A model generated the notes under the pieces. The model did no database searches. It saw only the letters and a program-made list of their open reading frames with translations, and was not told where the DNA came from. Position numbers and translations under genes: made by a program. Below are positions 12,016-26,021 of a stretch of 64,000 nucleotides of DNA, in pieces; within the stretch, counting starts at the first letter, position 1, and each line of letters opens with the position of its first letter. This stretch comes from Octopus sinensis. Taxonomy: Eukaryota. The stretch is from the NCBI RefSeq assembly GCF_006345805.1, contig NC_043004.1, positions 60,202,001 through 60,266,000 of the forward strand, in the 5' to 3' direction.

Positions 12016-12412
12016 TCTTTATATATAAAAGAGAGGTTGTGTGTCTGTCTCCTACGATTTAGATTCCTAACTACTCCCACATTTTGCGGTGCAGTTTAAC
12101 CAAAACCGGGTATCTTATAGTCGTGATTCATATCGAGCCCTTCTGGGTATTAGCGCGCGTCTACGATGAGTCAACGATTTAAAAAAAAAATTACCATCAT
12201 TATTTTCCATTTTAATGCATTCTTTTCACTATTATATAAGGGAAGTAACTCTCTAAAAATATCTACGATGAGTCAACGATTTAAAAAAAAATTTACCATC
12301 ATTTTTTTGCATTTTTAGTGCATTTTTTGCTACTTTTTGGCTATAACTCTCTTAAAATGTTTATATAGTTATTTCCCTTACAAACCCGAGCAACGCCGGG
12401 CGATACTGCTAG
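12016..12412 (+). mobile_element. Non-autonomous Helitron, copy 2
   Basis: A|TC...CTAG|T termini, hairpin cccgagcaacgccggg, same internal ~104-bp duplication as copy 1. Confidence 0.85.
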
Positions 12413-12786
12413 TATAATATAAATCAGTCAGATATAAAGAATCAGAGCCTTTCGATTTAAAATGCCTAGAAGCAAGGATAACATGGAAAATACAAACACT
12501 CTAGAAAAATACAGTGTCACATACAGAGCACACATTAAACGCATACCTATGGATACTTAGAGAGATGGATTAGACTAATAACTACTTCAAGTAATAATAT
12601 GCCTTGGATGAGACGTGAAGTGACCCGATAGACCTTGTGGTAATGGTCCACGTCTTTGGGGAAATAATGGTATATATAGTCTGCTTCGAGTTACGCAGCA
12701 GTAATCTCTTTATATAATTTTTTGTATTGAGATTCTGACATAACATGCTAGTGTGTCTTTTTCTGTGTGTGTGCGCGTGAGCATAC

Positions 12787-12827
<41 letters not shown>

Positions 12828-12830
<3 letters not shown>

Positions 12831-13010
12831 TCGAAACACGCTTTGAGTCGAACCAGGGACAGCTGATGAAGGGGAATTTTCTTTGTATTGTTTGTCCTGT
12901 ACTCTGTTTTTTTGTTGTTTAAAAAAAGTCCGTTTCCTTGTTTAATTTTATGTTCTCGTCTCTCGTTGTGTTCTACGTTTATTTGTGGTGTCCTGTACTC
13001 ATATATGCAT
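12828..13010 (+). repeat. Interspersed repeat shared with 46885-47070 (opposite strand), PLE-LTR-like
   Basis: cttcgaaaca...gacagctgatga...gtcctgta...ttctacgt.t.att.gtg.tgtcctgtactc is present in both copies. Confidence 0.6.
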
Positions 13011-14070
13011 GTATATATACATGTAGATGTAAGTATGTACATGTATGTATGTATATATGCATATATTTGATTTATTTATTATATTACTATATGACCGAAA
13101 GCACGCGTTGTTTTTATTCTCCAAGTTTTTATATATGCATATATATATATATGTATATATATATGTGTGTGTGTGTGTATATATATTTATATACACACAC
13201 GCGCGTGTGTTGTGTTTAAAGATTGGAGAGAGTACGGACAATATATCAGCATGTGTTTGTAATGTTGTTATTAACAGAAACAGCAGAGTAAATTTTCTGT
13301 AAGCTGGTTTACGTTTGAGAAAGATTTGCATTTCTTTTTCTAATTAAATGATCCAAAAGCAAGCAACCAGGCAGCGTTCGTTTGACATTTAGTAGCAGAG
13401 TATAAAAAGATTTCTATGAACAACAACAACAACAACAATCAAGTGTCGTTTTTACAATTCACACTATTCTCCTGTTTCATTACGAGGATTGCATCAACAG
13501 GATTATTAACATTTGTAAAATTAATAGTTGGAAATAAGAACGAGAAAAACGTGAACTAAGGAAAATATGCGTTCACTCTTCTGTTTGCAATTCTTCATTT
13601 TATTGTTGCATTTTTATTTGTTGCTCAATTTTTTTTTAGTTCCTTGTGTTTTCTTCATTTGGTTTATTATTGTAAAGTTATCTTTTTTTTTTTCCTCACT
13701 CTCATTCTTGTAGTTTTTAATTTACTTAAGGCCAGGGATCACATTAGAAAAGGCAGGCGATAAAGAAGATGAATGCGCCACTGTGGAGACCTGATGTTTA
13801 AAATCCTAAATATTCTAACACTAAGCAGTGACCTTTCGAAAGATAATAGTGAGAGAAAGATGGAGAAATGAAGTAGGAAGATGAATAAAAATGGGAGGTG
13901 AAGAATGAGAAGGAGGAGAAGAAGTAGGTTTCCTTGGGCATTCATATGAGTCTTGAGTGTAAGTGTGCGTGTGTTCGTGTGTGTGTGCTTGCGTGTGTGC
14001 ACGTTTGTGTGTGAGAGGAGAGAATCTTTGATCCCTCAGCGTTGAAAGATAATGCACATGTATACGCATG

Positions 14071-14106
<36 letters not shown>

Positions 14107-14125
14107 TTACATATGCACATGAAGG

Positions 14126-14191
<66 letters not shown>

Positions 14192-14357
14192 TTTATATAT
14201 ATATATGTATGTATGTATGTATGCATGTATGTATATGCATACACGCACAGGTGTGTGTATGTTGTGGAAGTATTCGTATGCATAACATGAAATGGTAAAC
14301 AATTAACATTATGAATGGCTATGCACACGTATATTCTTTAAAGAAGATGCCGCATAC

Positions 14358-14514
14358 CACCTGAGAATTCAATGGATTCTTTGATTACTAAAGAAGAGAG
14401 CAATAGCGTTAAAGATGAGGAATGCCAAAAGATTTCTTGTCTATGATTCCGTGTTTGTAAAAGTTCTTTGATTTCATGGAGAAAGAAAGCAGCCGTTCTG
14501 TCAGCATTAAATAG
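14358..14514 (-). CDS. Candidate internal coding exon, unverified
   Basis: Acceptor atttttcccccag, open frame LFNADRTAAFFLHEIKELLQTRNHRQEIFWHSSSLTLLLSSLVIKESIEFSG, donor gtatgc; non-repetitive sequence. Confidence 0.2.
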
Positions 14515-14807
14515 CTGGGGGAAAAATATGTCATTTCAAGAAACAAGAATAGGTTAAGGAGATGAAATCGGAAATGAAAAAAAGAAGAAGAAATAAACAA
14601 AATGCAATACATAACATTATATAAAAAGTATAAAAATATTAGATATTAGATTTCTCACGATAAAGAAGGGGTTATTTGAAATTTCAAGGAGGCTTAAAGA
14701 AGCTGTAACCATATGTTTTTAGATTACTAAGTTGCGTGTCATGATCTAATCATCGATTACAAAATACGAGTAAATATGCTTTGGTTGTGATAACAACAAG
14801 AGCAATA

Positions 14808-14935
14808 ATAATAATAATCCATTTCTTCAATAGGCACAAGGCCTGATCTTTTTAGGGATTACATCGGCCCCCGTATTCAACTGGTACTTATTTCACCGAC
14901 ACCGAAAGGATGAAAGTAAAGTCGCCCTCGGGGGA
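14808..14935 (-). mobile_element. SINE family A, short-tail form (3' part) ending in (ATT)n
   Basis: Core gactttactttcatcctttcgg...aagtaccagttg followed by ggccttgtgcctattgaagaaatggattattatt. Confidence 0.7.
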
Positions 14936-15167
14936 ATAGTAATAATAATAATGATAATAACGATAATAATAATATGACAACAGCAGAAAAAAAGCAGCAT
15001 GAACTTGCAGAAACTTAAAATAAACTTTGCGGTAATTCTTGTAGCCATCTGTATTTGAGTCAACTATCTCTTTAACCCTACTGGGTGATATAATATAAAA
15101 TAGCAATCTGGCATTCAAATTTCAAGCTTTGTGGCTTAAACGAATAATCAATATTATAACACAAACA

Positions 15168-15375
15168 GAAGGCGGTGATCTTTTAGAATCGTTAGCCTGT
15201 TGGAGAAAATCTCGAGCAGCATTTTTCCAGCTATTTACATTCTGAGTTGAAATTCAGTTGAAATCGATTGTCATTTCGGGCTGTTTAAAATAAGTACTTT
15301 CAAGTACTGATGTCATTGTAATCAATTTTCACTCACATCAAAATCTCCGTTCTTGAACCCAGATTAGAATGATTA
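15168..15375 (+). mobile_element. SINE family A, old diverged copy
   Basis: gaaggcggtga...gaatcgttagc...ctgagttgaaattc...aataagtac. Confidence 0.55.
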
Positions 15376-15394
15376 TTGTAGCATTAGTAAGATA

Positions 15395-15710
15395 AGGCGC
15401 ATGGCTCAGTGGTTACAGCGTCGAACTTATAACCATCAGGTTGTGAGTTCGAATTCCGGACCGGGCTGCGTGTTGTGCTCTTGAGTAAGACACTTTATTT
15501 CACGTTGCTCCAGTTCCCTCAGCTGTAGAAATGTATTGCGAAGCTGTATCGGCCTTTACCTTTCCCTTGGATAACATCGGTGGCGTGGAGAGGGGAGGCT
15601 AGTATGTATGACCAACTGCTGGTCTTCCATAAACAACCTTGGCCGGACTTGTGCCTGGGATGGTAACATTCTAGGTGCAATCTCATGGTTATTCGTGACC
15701 GAAGGGGTCC
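15395..15710 (+). mobile_element. tRNA-derived SINE family C
   Basis: A box tggctcagtggtt, B box gagttcgaattcc, followed by ttgagtaagacactttatttcacgttgctccag. Confidence 0.75.
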
Positions 15711-16645
15711 CCGAGTAAAATAAGGTGAATTGAAAAAATGCTTGGAGTGTCTCTGCATATGGTGTCCAGCCCTATCTATGTCAAATTGTCCCTTCCTTCT
15801 TTACTGAAAATACTGGCGTCCTCGTATCAGAGCAAACCCTGTTTTCAACGCTGCTATTTTGTCTTTGAATGAGAAATGAAAATTGATATTATCTACCAAC
15901 AGAATGAGAAGGGCTGGTAGAGTTATCTGGGCGCTGGATACAATGCATTTTGGCATGCGTTATAATACTCAGGGCTCTGAATTCAAATCGCACTTAGTTC
16001 AACTTTTACTGTCATCCTTGCGAAATCGAGAAATCGAGAAATAAATATTCCAGTACCGAAGGTACTTATTTGGCTTCCTGTTCTATATATCTTTGGAAGC
16101 AATAGCTGTTTCCAGTTTTTTTTTTAAATATGGGGTCCACTAAATATACTAAATATTCTCAGGTCACGAAAGGCTACGATGCCTTTCATACACCTGCACT
16201 AACAGTGAAACAAGCATCACCACCACCACCACCAGCTGATTAATAAGAAGACTTCGCAGAGACATTAGTGAGTTAAAGGTATGCCTTACAGTATTTGGTG
16301 TTGCCTTGGTGTAGGTTTGCGCTCTCAGAGTGCTCTTGTTGTTATTAAACCTATTGTTTTATGCATGTTGTCAATAGTTTTTGTTATACTAAATTAGTTT
16401 TCAAAAATCTGTTTCCTCAAATTTGCTGATTCGTTCTAAAGCTTGGGTTTTTACAGAATCATTTTACTCTAATGCGATGCCCATTTCATCCATTATTTAA
16501 AGCCGATTCTTTCTCTGTATTAAACATTCTAGTATTTGCATCCAGGTTTCGACATTGCTTATATTCTATTACGTCATCATACCGTACGTGGTTTTAGAAG
16601 GATTACTCATCACTTAGTTGTATTACGTGAATCACAACGCAGAAT

Positions 16646-16856
16646 TACTCTTTTACTCTTTTACTTGTTTCAGTCATTTGATTGCAGCCATGCTGCAGCA
16701 CCGCCTTTAGTCGAGCAAATCGACCCCGGGACTTATTCTTTGTAAGCCCAGTACTTATTCTATCGGTCTCTTTTGCCGAACCGCTAAGTAACGGGGACAT
16801 AAACACACCAGCATCGGTTGTCAAGCAATGCTAGGGGGACAAACACAGACACACAA

Positions 16857-16905
<49 letters not shown>

Positions 16906-17071
16906 TACGACAGGCTTCTTTCAGTTTACGTCTACCAAATCCACTCACAAGGCATTGGTCGGCCCGGGGCTATAGCAGAAGACACATGCCCAAGATGCCA
17001 CCCAGTGGGACTGAACCCGGAACCATATGGGTGGTTAGCAAGCTACGTACCACACAGCCACTCCTGCGCCT
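16646..17071 (-). mobile_element. SINE family B, full length, with internal (TA)/(CA) tract
   Basis: Reverse complement of the 32101-32500 and 51441-51848 type; tail (gtaaaaga)n. Confidence 0.9.
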
Positions 17072-17499
17072 ATGTTTATTATTTTTTTCAATGTATTCTT
17101 TCTCTTGTCTTCTCTATATTCTCTCTATATATCTTGTATTTCTTTTAAAATGGTACATTGGATACTTAAAGCCGATTGCAGTACTTGTGTAAACATTTAG
17201 GAGAATGTTTAACGTGGATTATATGACAGAGTCATAAGCTATGACATTTTGCTTCCTTTTGTGCATTGTTTACAACATTTTTCACTGCCCTTAAGTCTCA
17301 GTGGTGGGTATCTAAACATTTCTCTAGTATTTGTTGGGGTTACTTAGCCAGTTGTAGGTTCTAGATGAATTACTGATACATCATGAACAATAAATCACTT
17401 CAATGTACTTCTAAATCATTATTGAATGGAAGGAAATTTTAGTAGGGAGGGAGATGGAATGTTTGCCACTGATGAACATGTTTCCACTGGTAGTAATAA

Positions 17500-17680
17500 C
17501 ATTTATAATAGACATTTCGCCGCCCATCTATACGTTCTGATTTCAAATTCTGGCGAGGTCGACTTTGTGTTTCATCCTCTCAAGGTCGATAAAATAAGTA
17601 CCTGTTGAGTATTGAGGTCGATGTAATCAACTTAACCCCTTCCCAGAAATTGCTGTCCTCGTGTGAAAATTTGAAACTAA
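17500..17680 (+). mobile_element. SINE family A, short-tail form
   Basis: gttctgatttcaaattctggcgaggtcgacttt...gtcgatgtaatcaactta then cccttcccagaaattgctgtcctcgtg. Confidence 0.7.
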
Positions 17681-18074
17681 TATTAATATGATTATTACTA
17701 AGCTAGGGTTAACAGTACAAATATCACTATGCATATTATAGTTGTTGCTATTATTAATATCTCTACCATTATTCTGCAACCTGACAGTTTCACTAAATAC
17801 ATCTATTTTCGTCGATCAGTGTTTTCTGTAGTTCCTTATTATCTGCCTCCTTATTATCTGTGTTGCTGAATACTTGCTATTGTTCCTTGATAAGCACTTT
17901 CTAGCTGAATGCAAGTTATAGTTGGGTAGGCAATAATAGAACATTGACAGTTTCAAATGACCGTAGATTGGGTGTTGAGGTCAGGGTGACAAAAGGTGAA
18001 CCAAGATGCTGACAAAAGAAAACGAGGACCATAAAGAACATGATTAAAAAATGAATTGGATAGATTTGACTGAC

Positions 18075-18166
18075 AATAAAGATCAAGTCCCCAAAATTCC
18101 AGATATTTGCAAAGAAAAGGATAATGCCTGTAGCAAACATCTTAAGAACATTAGATGAATACATTT
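18075..18166 (-). CDS. Candidate coding exon for a membrane protein, ion-channel S2-S3-like, unverified
   Basis: cag|aa-MYSSNVLKMFATGIILFFANIWNFGDLIFI|gtcagt. LKM...FF..WN..D..(I/V) resembles the voltage-gated channel S2-S3 pattern, but the usual S2 Glu is missing. Confidence 0.2.
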
Positions 18167-18534
18167 CTGTTTAAGTGCACATACAATGATTGATATTATA
18201 ATGTAAATGTACTTATAACGGCTTTCAGATTGCATTAGACAGCAATTAAATTGATAAAGATAGCCATTGATAAAGGAGTGGGGAGCATGTATATATTCCA
18301 CCGTTCAAAAGAGGTGTATAATGTTTATTTCTTTATAATTATTACGTTAACAGGACTAATTAATTTCCTTTCAAAATTACAGTCTGGAAATCTCTATAAG
18401 AGTCCATTATAATTTAATTTACAGTTCTAATGTTTTTATTCATATTTCTGAGATACATAATTTAATATTGTTACCAAGACTTTCATCGATAAAAAATAGT
18501 TGTGAACTTACACTGCTTTGCATATATTATATCT

Positions 18535-18766
18535 ATTTCTTTACTACCCACAAGGGGCTAAACACAGAGGGGACAAACGAGGACAGACAAACGGATTAAG
18601 TCGGTTATATCGACCCCAGTACGTAACTGGTACTTGTTTAATCGACCCCGAAAGGATGAAAGGCAAAGTCGACCTCGGCGGAATTTGAACTCAGAACGTA
18701 ACGGCAGACGGAATACGGCTACGCATTTCGCCCGGTGTGCTAACGTTTCTGCCAGTTCGCCGCCTT
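18535..18766 (-). mobile_element. SINE family A, long-tail form
   Basis: Reverse complement is highly similar to 5584-5810. Confidence 0.9.
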
Positions 18767-19151
18767 GCATATATTATATCAATATACATTTATCAAATGA
18801 GCAATTACATTTTCTATTTAAATACACACGCAGATTTTAATCTGGCATACACAATCACACACAGAAACACGCCTGTATACATTCTTGCACGCGTACATAT
18901 ATGAATGAATTCCCGGCACCTTGTCTTCAAAACTCCATTTCACAAAGTATTGCTAATCTCGGAGTAACACGCGGAATTACTTGCAAAATGTCTGTCATTC
19001 ACTAGTAGCAAATTCTGTATCATTTTGCAAACCGAAGTTTCTAATACGGTTCTATATTTAAGAGATGAGGTGGTTAATAGCGCGGGCTACGAACCCCAAT
19101 TGTCCGAGCTCCATTGTCCGAGCTCCATTCCAAGCAGTGACCTTAAAAATG

Positions 19152-20442
<1,291 letters not shown>

Positions 20443-20525
<83 letters not shown>

Positions 20526-20535
20526 CAACAACAAC
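20443..20535. repeat. (AAT)n(AAC)n microsatellite, right flank of the Dong-like element
   Basis: Direct inspection. Confidence 0.95.
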
Positions 20536-20583
20536 ATCGAAAAATACCTTAGGAATGAGAACCGAGATTTGAAATTTTCCACA

Positions 20584-20630
20584 GACACCTCATGAAAACT
20601 GGAGGGTACCTTAGCCGAAACGTTGTTGAC
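20584..20630 (+). ncRNA. Degenerate minimal hammerhead-like motif
   Basis: GACAC-CTCATGA-AAACTG-GAGGGTACCT-TAGCC-GAA-ACGT-T-GTTGAC; G5>C and stem II mismatches suggest an inactive relic. Confidence 0.3.
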
Positions 20631-20865
20631 ATAAACAAGATGAGGACAAATATCCGTCAAATGTAAATAATGTAAATAACACACTTTGTAAATTACACGC
20701 CGAGAAACAAAATTTTCGAACGGACTACATCATCATAACCATATGTAACTATAATTTGGGACAATCACAGGCACTCATCCTTGTTATTCAAATAATTCTT
20801 AGTCGTCATAAATTAATTTGACCTCTAATTTGCTTTGAATATTTCATCACACCTCCATATAAGTA

Positions 20866-21255
20866 TTTGTGACACTCCGTCGGTTACGACGACGAGGGTT
20901 CCAGTTGATCCGTTCAACGTGACAGCCTTTTCGTGAAATTAACGTGCAAGTGGCTGAGCACTCCACAGACACGTGCACGCTTAAGGTAGTTCTCGGGGAG
21001 ATTCAGCGTGACACAGTGTGTGACAAGGCTGGCCTTTCGAAATACAGGTACAATTGAAACAGAAAGATAGAGTGAGAGAAAGTTGTGGTGAAAGAGTACA
21101 GCAGGGTTCGCCACCACCTCCTGCCTAAGCTTCGTGGACCTTTTAGGTGTTTTCACTCAATAAACAGTCACAGTGCCCTATCTGGGAATCGCAACAGCGA
21201 TTCCACGACCACGCGTCTGTCCAATGCCCTAACCACTGAGCCATTGCGACTCCAC
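20866..21255 (-). mobile_element. tRNA-derived SINE family D
   Basis: Minus-strand head ggagtcgcaatggctcagtggttagggc (A box) and a decayed B box gttgcgattccc; body unrelated to families A-C. Confidence 0.65.
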
Positions 21256-21275
21256 ACACACACACACAGACACAA

Positions 21276-21306
<31 letters not shown>

Positions 21307-21727
21307 ACACACACACACACACACACACACACACATCACATATATATAAAACCATAATCTAACATAACGAAATAATGTCATATAAATTCTATTTTCATGT
21401 GAAAGAAATCGAATGAATTATTGTTTCCACTTATATATCTTAAGATATTCATTCAAAATATGAATGTATATTAATGATACTTATAGAGGATCAAGTTATT
21501 TTTCTTTTAAGTTTATTGGGGTTTATATTCATTAATTTACACTAATGCATTTGTTATTATCTTGGCAAAGCTCTGTATTGCATTAAATCTTTTAAAACGA
21601 AGAAGGTGCACATAAACACAAACACACACACACACACACACACGCACGCACACATTCAAACACTTACACACACACTCAAACACACGCATACACATATATG
21701 GACAAACTTGAATACATATATTCAAAT

Positions 21728-21765
<38 letters not shown>

Positions 21766-21774
21766 CCTTTTTTT

Positions 21775-21908
21775 CTTTTTACTTGTTTCAGTCATTTAGA
21801 CTGCGGCCATGCTGGAGCACCACCCCTGATCGAGCAACTCTACCCCAGGACTTATTCTTTGTAAGCCCAGTACTTATTTTATCGGTTTCTTTTGCCGAAC
21901 CGCTTTTG
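21775..21908 (-). mobile_element. SINE family B, 3' fragment
   Basis: ttacttgtttcagtcatttagactgcggccatgctggagcacc. Confidence 0.8.
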
Positions 21909-22021
21909 CCGCCGTATATATATATATACGGCGGTGTGCTTGTGAGGGTATGACATATGACTTCGCATATATACGGGTGAATACACACGCACACACATAC
22001 ACACACACACTCACACATATA

Positions 22022-23294
22022 CAGGGATTACACAAAATAGTGGAAGCACCAAGTATCATGGGATCATAATTCTGAAATATCTATAAAACCATCAAAAGCT
22101 TGTTTATTTTCATATCTTCTGATTTATAATTAGTCTTGCAAAATATATTATGTTAAAATTTCTGTTTCTTTTCAGGTATCATCAGAAAAAGGAAATAGAA
22201 ATTCCATAAAATGACAGATTTATCGGACTTTCAAAGAGGTTACATTGTTGGTGTTCGTATGGCAGGCGCTGGCGGAACGAAAACAGCCGAAATATATGGT
22301 GTATCAAGAAGTATTTTCTCGAAAGTAACGACAGCCTTTGAGAAAGAGAGAAAAGATCTCGCCGAAGCAAAACTCCGGAAGGAAACCAAAACTTTCATAT
22401 AGTGACCGTCGGATTCTCACGTGAATTGTTAGAATCGATCTCAAAAGTACAGCTCCCAAAATTACTGCAGAGCTTAATGACCACGTCGAGAACCCAATTT
22501 TCACAAAAACAGTTCGCCAGGAGTTGCACAAACCAGATTTCACGAGAGGGCTGCTATCAGAAAACCACTACTTTCAAAAACAAACATTGCAAAGCGTTTA
22601 CGGTGGAGTAAAAACCTACAGAATTGGTCCCTACAGCAGTGAAAGAATGCTATTTTCTCGGATGAGTCATCCTTTACCTTATTTCCGACCAACGGCCATG
22701 TATACGTATAGAAACAGCCAAAAGAAGCATTTGACCCATACTGCCTTCTGCCAGCTGCTGCTCTTCCAACATTTTGAAGGATCCGTGATGATCTGGGAGG
22801 CTATATCATGGAAATCCGCCGGGTCATTGGTTTCCCTTCATGGCAGAATTAATAGTCAAGACTCTTTAAGCATTTCATCCGATCAAATTCATCCTATGGT
22901 TGCGAAATTATTTCTGGTAGGAAACGCAATCTTTCAGGATGATAATGCACTAATTCTCACAGCTAAAGTTCTTACTGAATGGCAGAAAGAACATTCTAGT
23001 AAAGTAGAACATCTTATCTTGCCACCACAGTCCACAGATCTCAATATTATTGAATATTTATGGTGCATTTTAGAAACACAAGGAGTCGATATCCTCCACC
23101 ATCATCACTACAAGAACTGGAGACCGTTTTAGCTGAAGAATGGCCAAAAATTCCTTTGGAAACGATTCAAATTTTCTAGGAGTCCATAACTCGTAGAATT
23201 CAAGCAGTAGTAACTGAAAAAGGCGGTGCTACTCCATATTTAAATAAATTTGCTTGACATTTTAACGTGTTTCCATTATTTTGTCTAACCCCTG
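22022..23294 (+). mobile_element. Tc1-like DNA transposon, full length but decayed (about 1.27 kb)
   Basis: TIRs cagggattacacaaaatagtggaagcac / gtgtttccattattttgtctaacccctg with TA on the left. Transposase from ATG 22211 (MTDLSDFQRGYIVG) through FSDES, FQDDNA and PPQSTDLNIIEYLW to GGATPY, with frameshifts and stops. Confidence 0.92.
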
Positions 23295-23342
23295 CATATA
23301 TATAGAGAGAGAGAGAGTGAGAGAGGTAGATAGGTATATATA

Positions 23343-23382
<40 letters not shown>

Positions 23383-23974
23383 CGTGTGTGTGTGTGCATA
23401 TTTATATATGTATATATATATATATATATATAGATAGATAGATATATAGACAGACAGACAAGCAAATAAATAGATATGTGATTACGTGTTTGTACATGTG
23501 CTTTTGTGCATATATGCTATCTAATGTTATGAGGTAAATCTCTAAAATTTTTCCCCAATTCTCTAATATAACCGAAACTTTAACAATGAAACAAAAATAT
23601 AATTGACGTTAAATCCCAATACAACACAGATTGCATAACTAAATATTCTAAAAGCATACGACAGAATTTAAATTACACTAATATACAAATGCGTACAACA
23701 TCAATGAACATAAAATATATTGAGCATACTTCATAGGAAGTCAATATAATTCATAGATTCATGATTCACACATTCCAAATTTCACTTCTAAAGATACTAC
23801 ATGCAAATATATGCAACATTAACGCTAACACATTAAAGTTAGGAAAAACTAAACAGCATTTCCTATGCATGCATTTAGTGGTTTTAGTCACTGGACTGCA
23901 GACCGACACCAGGCACACTGAGGTACGTATCGATAGGCTGTCGTTGAATCTATTAAACAAATACATTGATATAT

Positions 23975-24467
23975 TTAATTGGTATATTTAAGATCTGGTC
24001 ATCAAATCTAAGTAGAGACTTCAAACTTGAAATCTTCAAAGCCACAGTCGAACCAATTCTACTATATAGCTCAGAAACCTGGACGTTATCAAAGAAGCTT
24101 GAGAGGCCGTTGGATGGAACCTACACTCGCCTCCTTATGAGAGCTCAAAATCTCTCGTGGAAGCGCCATCCAACCAAAATGCAAATATATGGGAAACTAC
24201 CACCTGTGTCATCTCTTGTGAAAGGTAAGAGAGTCCAGTTTGCTGGACATTGTTGTAGAGCTGAAAAAGAGGTAATTTCTACTCTTCTCCTCTGGAAGCC
24301 ATCTACCCGCAATACCAGAGGGCGCACACTCTCCTACCCTGATGTAATCTCCAGGGATACAGGCATCCAGCAACAGGACCTCCGTAATGCTATGATGGAC
24401 CGTGAAGTCTGGCGTAGCATGGTAAATTCCATTGTCTCGACCACGGTCGAACAATGATGATGATGAT
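23975..24467 (+). mobile_element. RTE-clade LINE 3' fragment with (TGA)n tail
   Basis: ORF 23966-24457: IFKATVEPILLYSSETW, VQFAGHCCR, MMDREVWR; ends tgatgatgatga. Confidence 0.88.
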
Positions 24468-24550
24468 ATTTACGAAATGCAAGAGCACCATTTGCATAAA
24501 TGTCTTTCTGCTAGACTGTATTACATTATTTGATCAAAATCTGTTAAAGT

Positions 24551-24750
24551 GGGGGTGTTGAAAAGTTCCTGGCTTTAAGAGTATCGCGAAAGGTCTGGAT
24601 GGAGGCCTAACCCTCCGAGTCTTAACCACACTGAAGGACCGCAACAATAAATGTGTGAATCCGAGAGGGGAATATGTTGCATAAAATCATAATTAACTGA
24701 TCTTCCTATATTTTTTTTTACTCAAAGCCAGGTACTTTTGCACACCTCCT
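24551..24750 (+). mobile_element. Mariner-derived MITE
   Basis: TIRs gggggtgttgaaaagttcctggcttt / aaagccaggtacttttgcacacctcc; internal remnant aataaatgtgtgaatccgagaggggaatatgttg (KCV...GEYV). Confidence 0.7.
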
Positions 24751-25195
24751 TGCATTTATGTTTTAGTAGTTGCAGTTCTAGACTCCCGAACAAACGATCG
24801 TGGTGTTCGATTCCTGAGCTACGCTTAATAATGTATTCTTAAACAAATCACTTCGTTTCATATTGTAACATTTACAGTACTCAGCAGATACTATGTACTA
24901 ATAGCATGTTTGTCACGGGCTATGGTTCCGCCAAGTGGGAATTCAAGACATATTTTTAGATGTTTATAAGCACAGGAAACTAGGATAGTGGCATAAGCTA
25001 CTGTTGTATATAATCACTTACTCTTTATTATTCCACACGCACTCACAAGCAAACATACACACAAGCACACACACACACACACATACGCACACGAACACAC
25101 AAACACAGAGACAGCACACACGTGCGCGCACGCTCACACGTGACATATATTTTATATATAAATATATATAAAAACGCTTTAGTCTTTTAATCTTT

Positions 25196-25578
25196 TAGTC
25201 TTTTATTTGTTTTAGTAATTTAACTGTGGCCATGCTGGAGCACCGCTTTAATCGAGCAAATCGACCCCAGGACTTATTCTTTGTAAGCCTAGTGCTTATT
25301 CTATCGGATTCTTTCGCCGAACCACTAAGTTACGGGGACGTAAACACATCAGCTTCGGTATCGAGCGATGTTGGGGGGACAAATATAGACACACAAACAC
25401 ACATACACACATACATATTTATATATACATATATATGACGGGCTTCTCTCAGTTTCTGTCTACCAATTCCACTCACAAGGTTTTGGTCGACCCGAGGCTG
25501 TAGTAGAAGATACTTGCCCAAGGTGCCACGCAGTGGGACTCAACCAGGAACCATGTGATTGGGAAGCGAGCTAATTAC
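25196..25578 (-). mobile_element. SINE family B, near full length
   Basis: Reverse complement matches family B body and tail. Confidence 0.85.
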
Positions 25579-25817
25579 AACCTCTTTTTTCTCGAATTCT
25601 AATCTGCTAAGGATCTATCAGGAAAAAAGTAAGTCCTAAACAAAATACGTGTTTCATGAATTTCTTGTAAACTAAATATTTTCTATCAATAAATAATATC
25701 TCTGTTAATTAGTTAATATTGGGCTGAGGAATACTTAAAAGAATGAAATATGGCTATACAGGCTATCTGACCAAAATCTTTTAGAACTTCGAATTATGTA
25801 AGCAAATTCGTAATATA

Positions 25818-25985
25818 GGCGCAGAAGTTGCTGTTTGGTAAGTAACTTACTTACCAACTACATGGTTTTGGGATCAGTCCCACCGCGTAGCACCTTGGGC
25901 AAGTGCCTTCTGCTATAGCCTCGGGCCGACCAAAGCCTTGTGAGTGGATTCGTAAACGGAAACTGAAAGAAGCCCCTCGTATATA
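25818..25985 (+). mobile_element. SINE family B, 5' half
   Basis: ggcgcagaagttgctgtttggtaagta...ccttgggcaagtgccttctgctatagcc. Confidence 0.82.
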
Positions 25986-26021
25986 TGTATATATATATAT
26001 TTATGTGTGTGTATATGTTTG

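Noticed and set aside
12828-12885. GAAAC...CTGATGA order suggesting a type II hammerhead (also at 47025-47075, minus strand)
   Set aside because: Stems I and III do not pair and the cleavage triplet is not shared between the two copies
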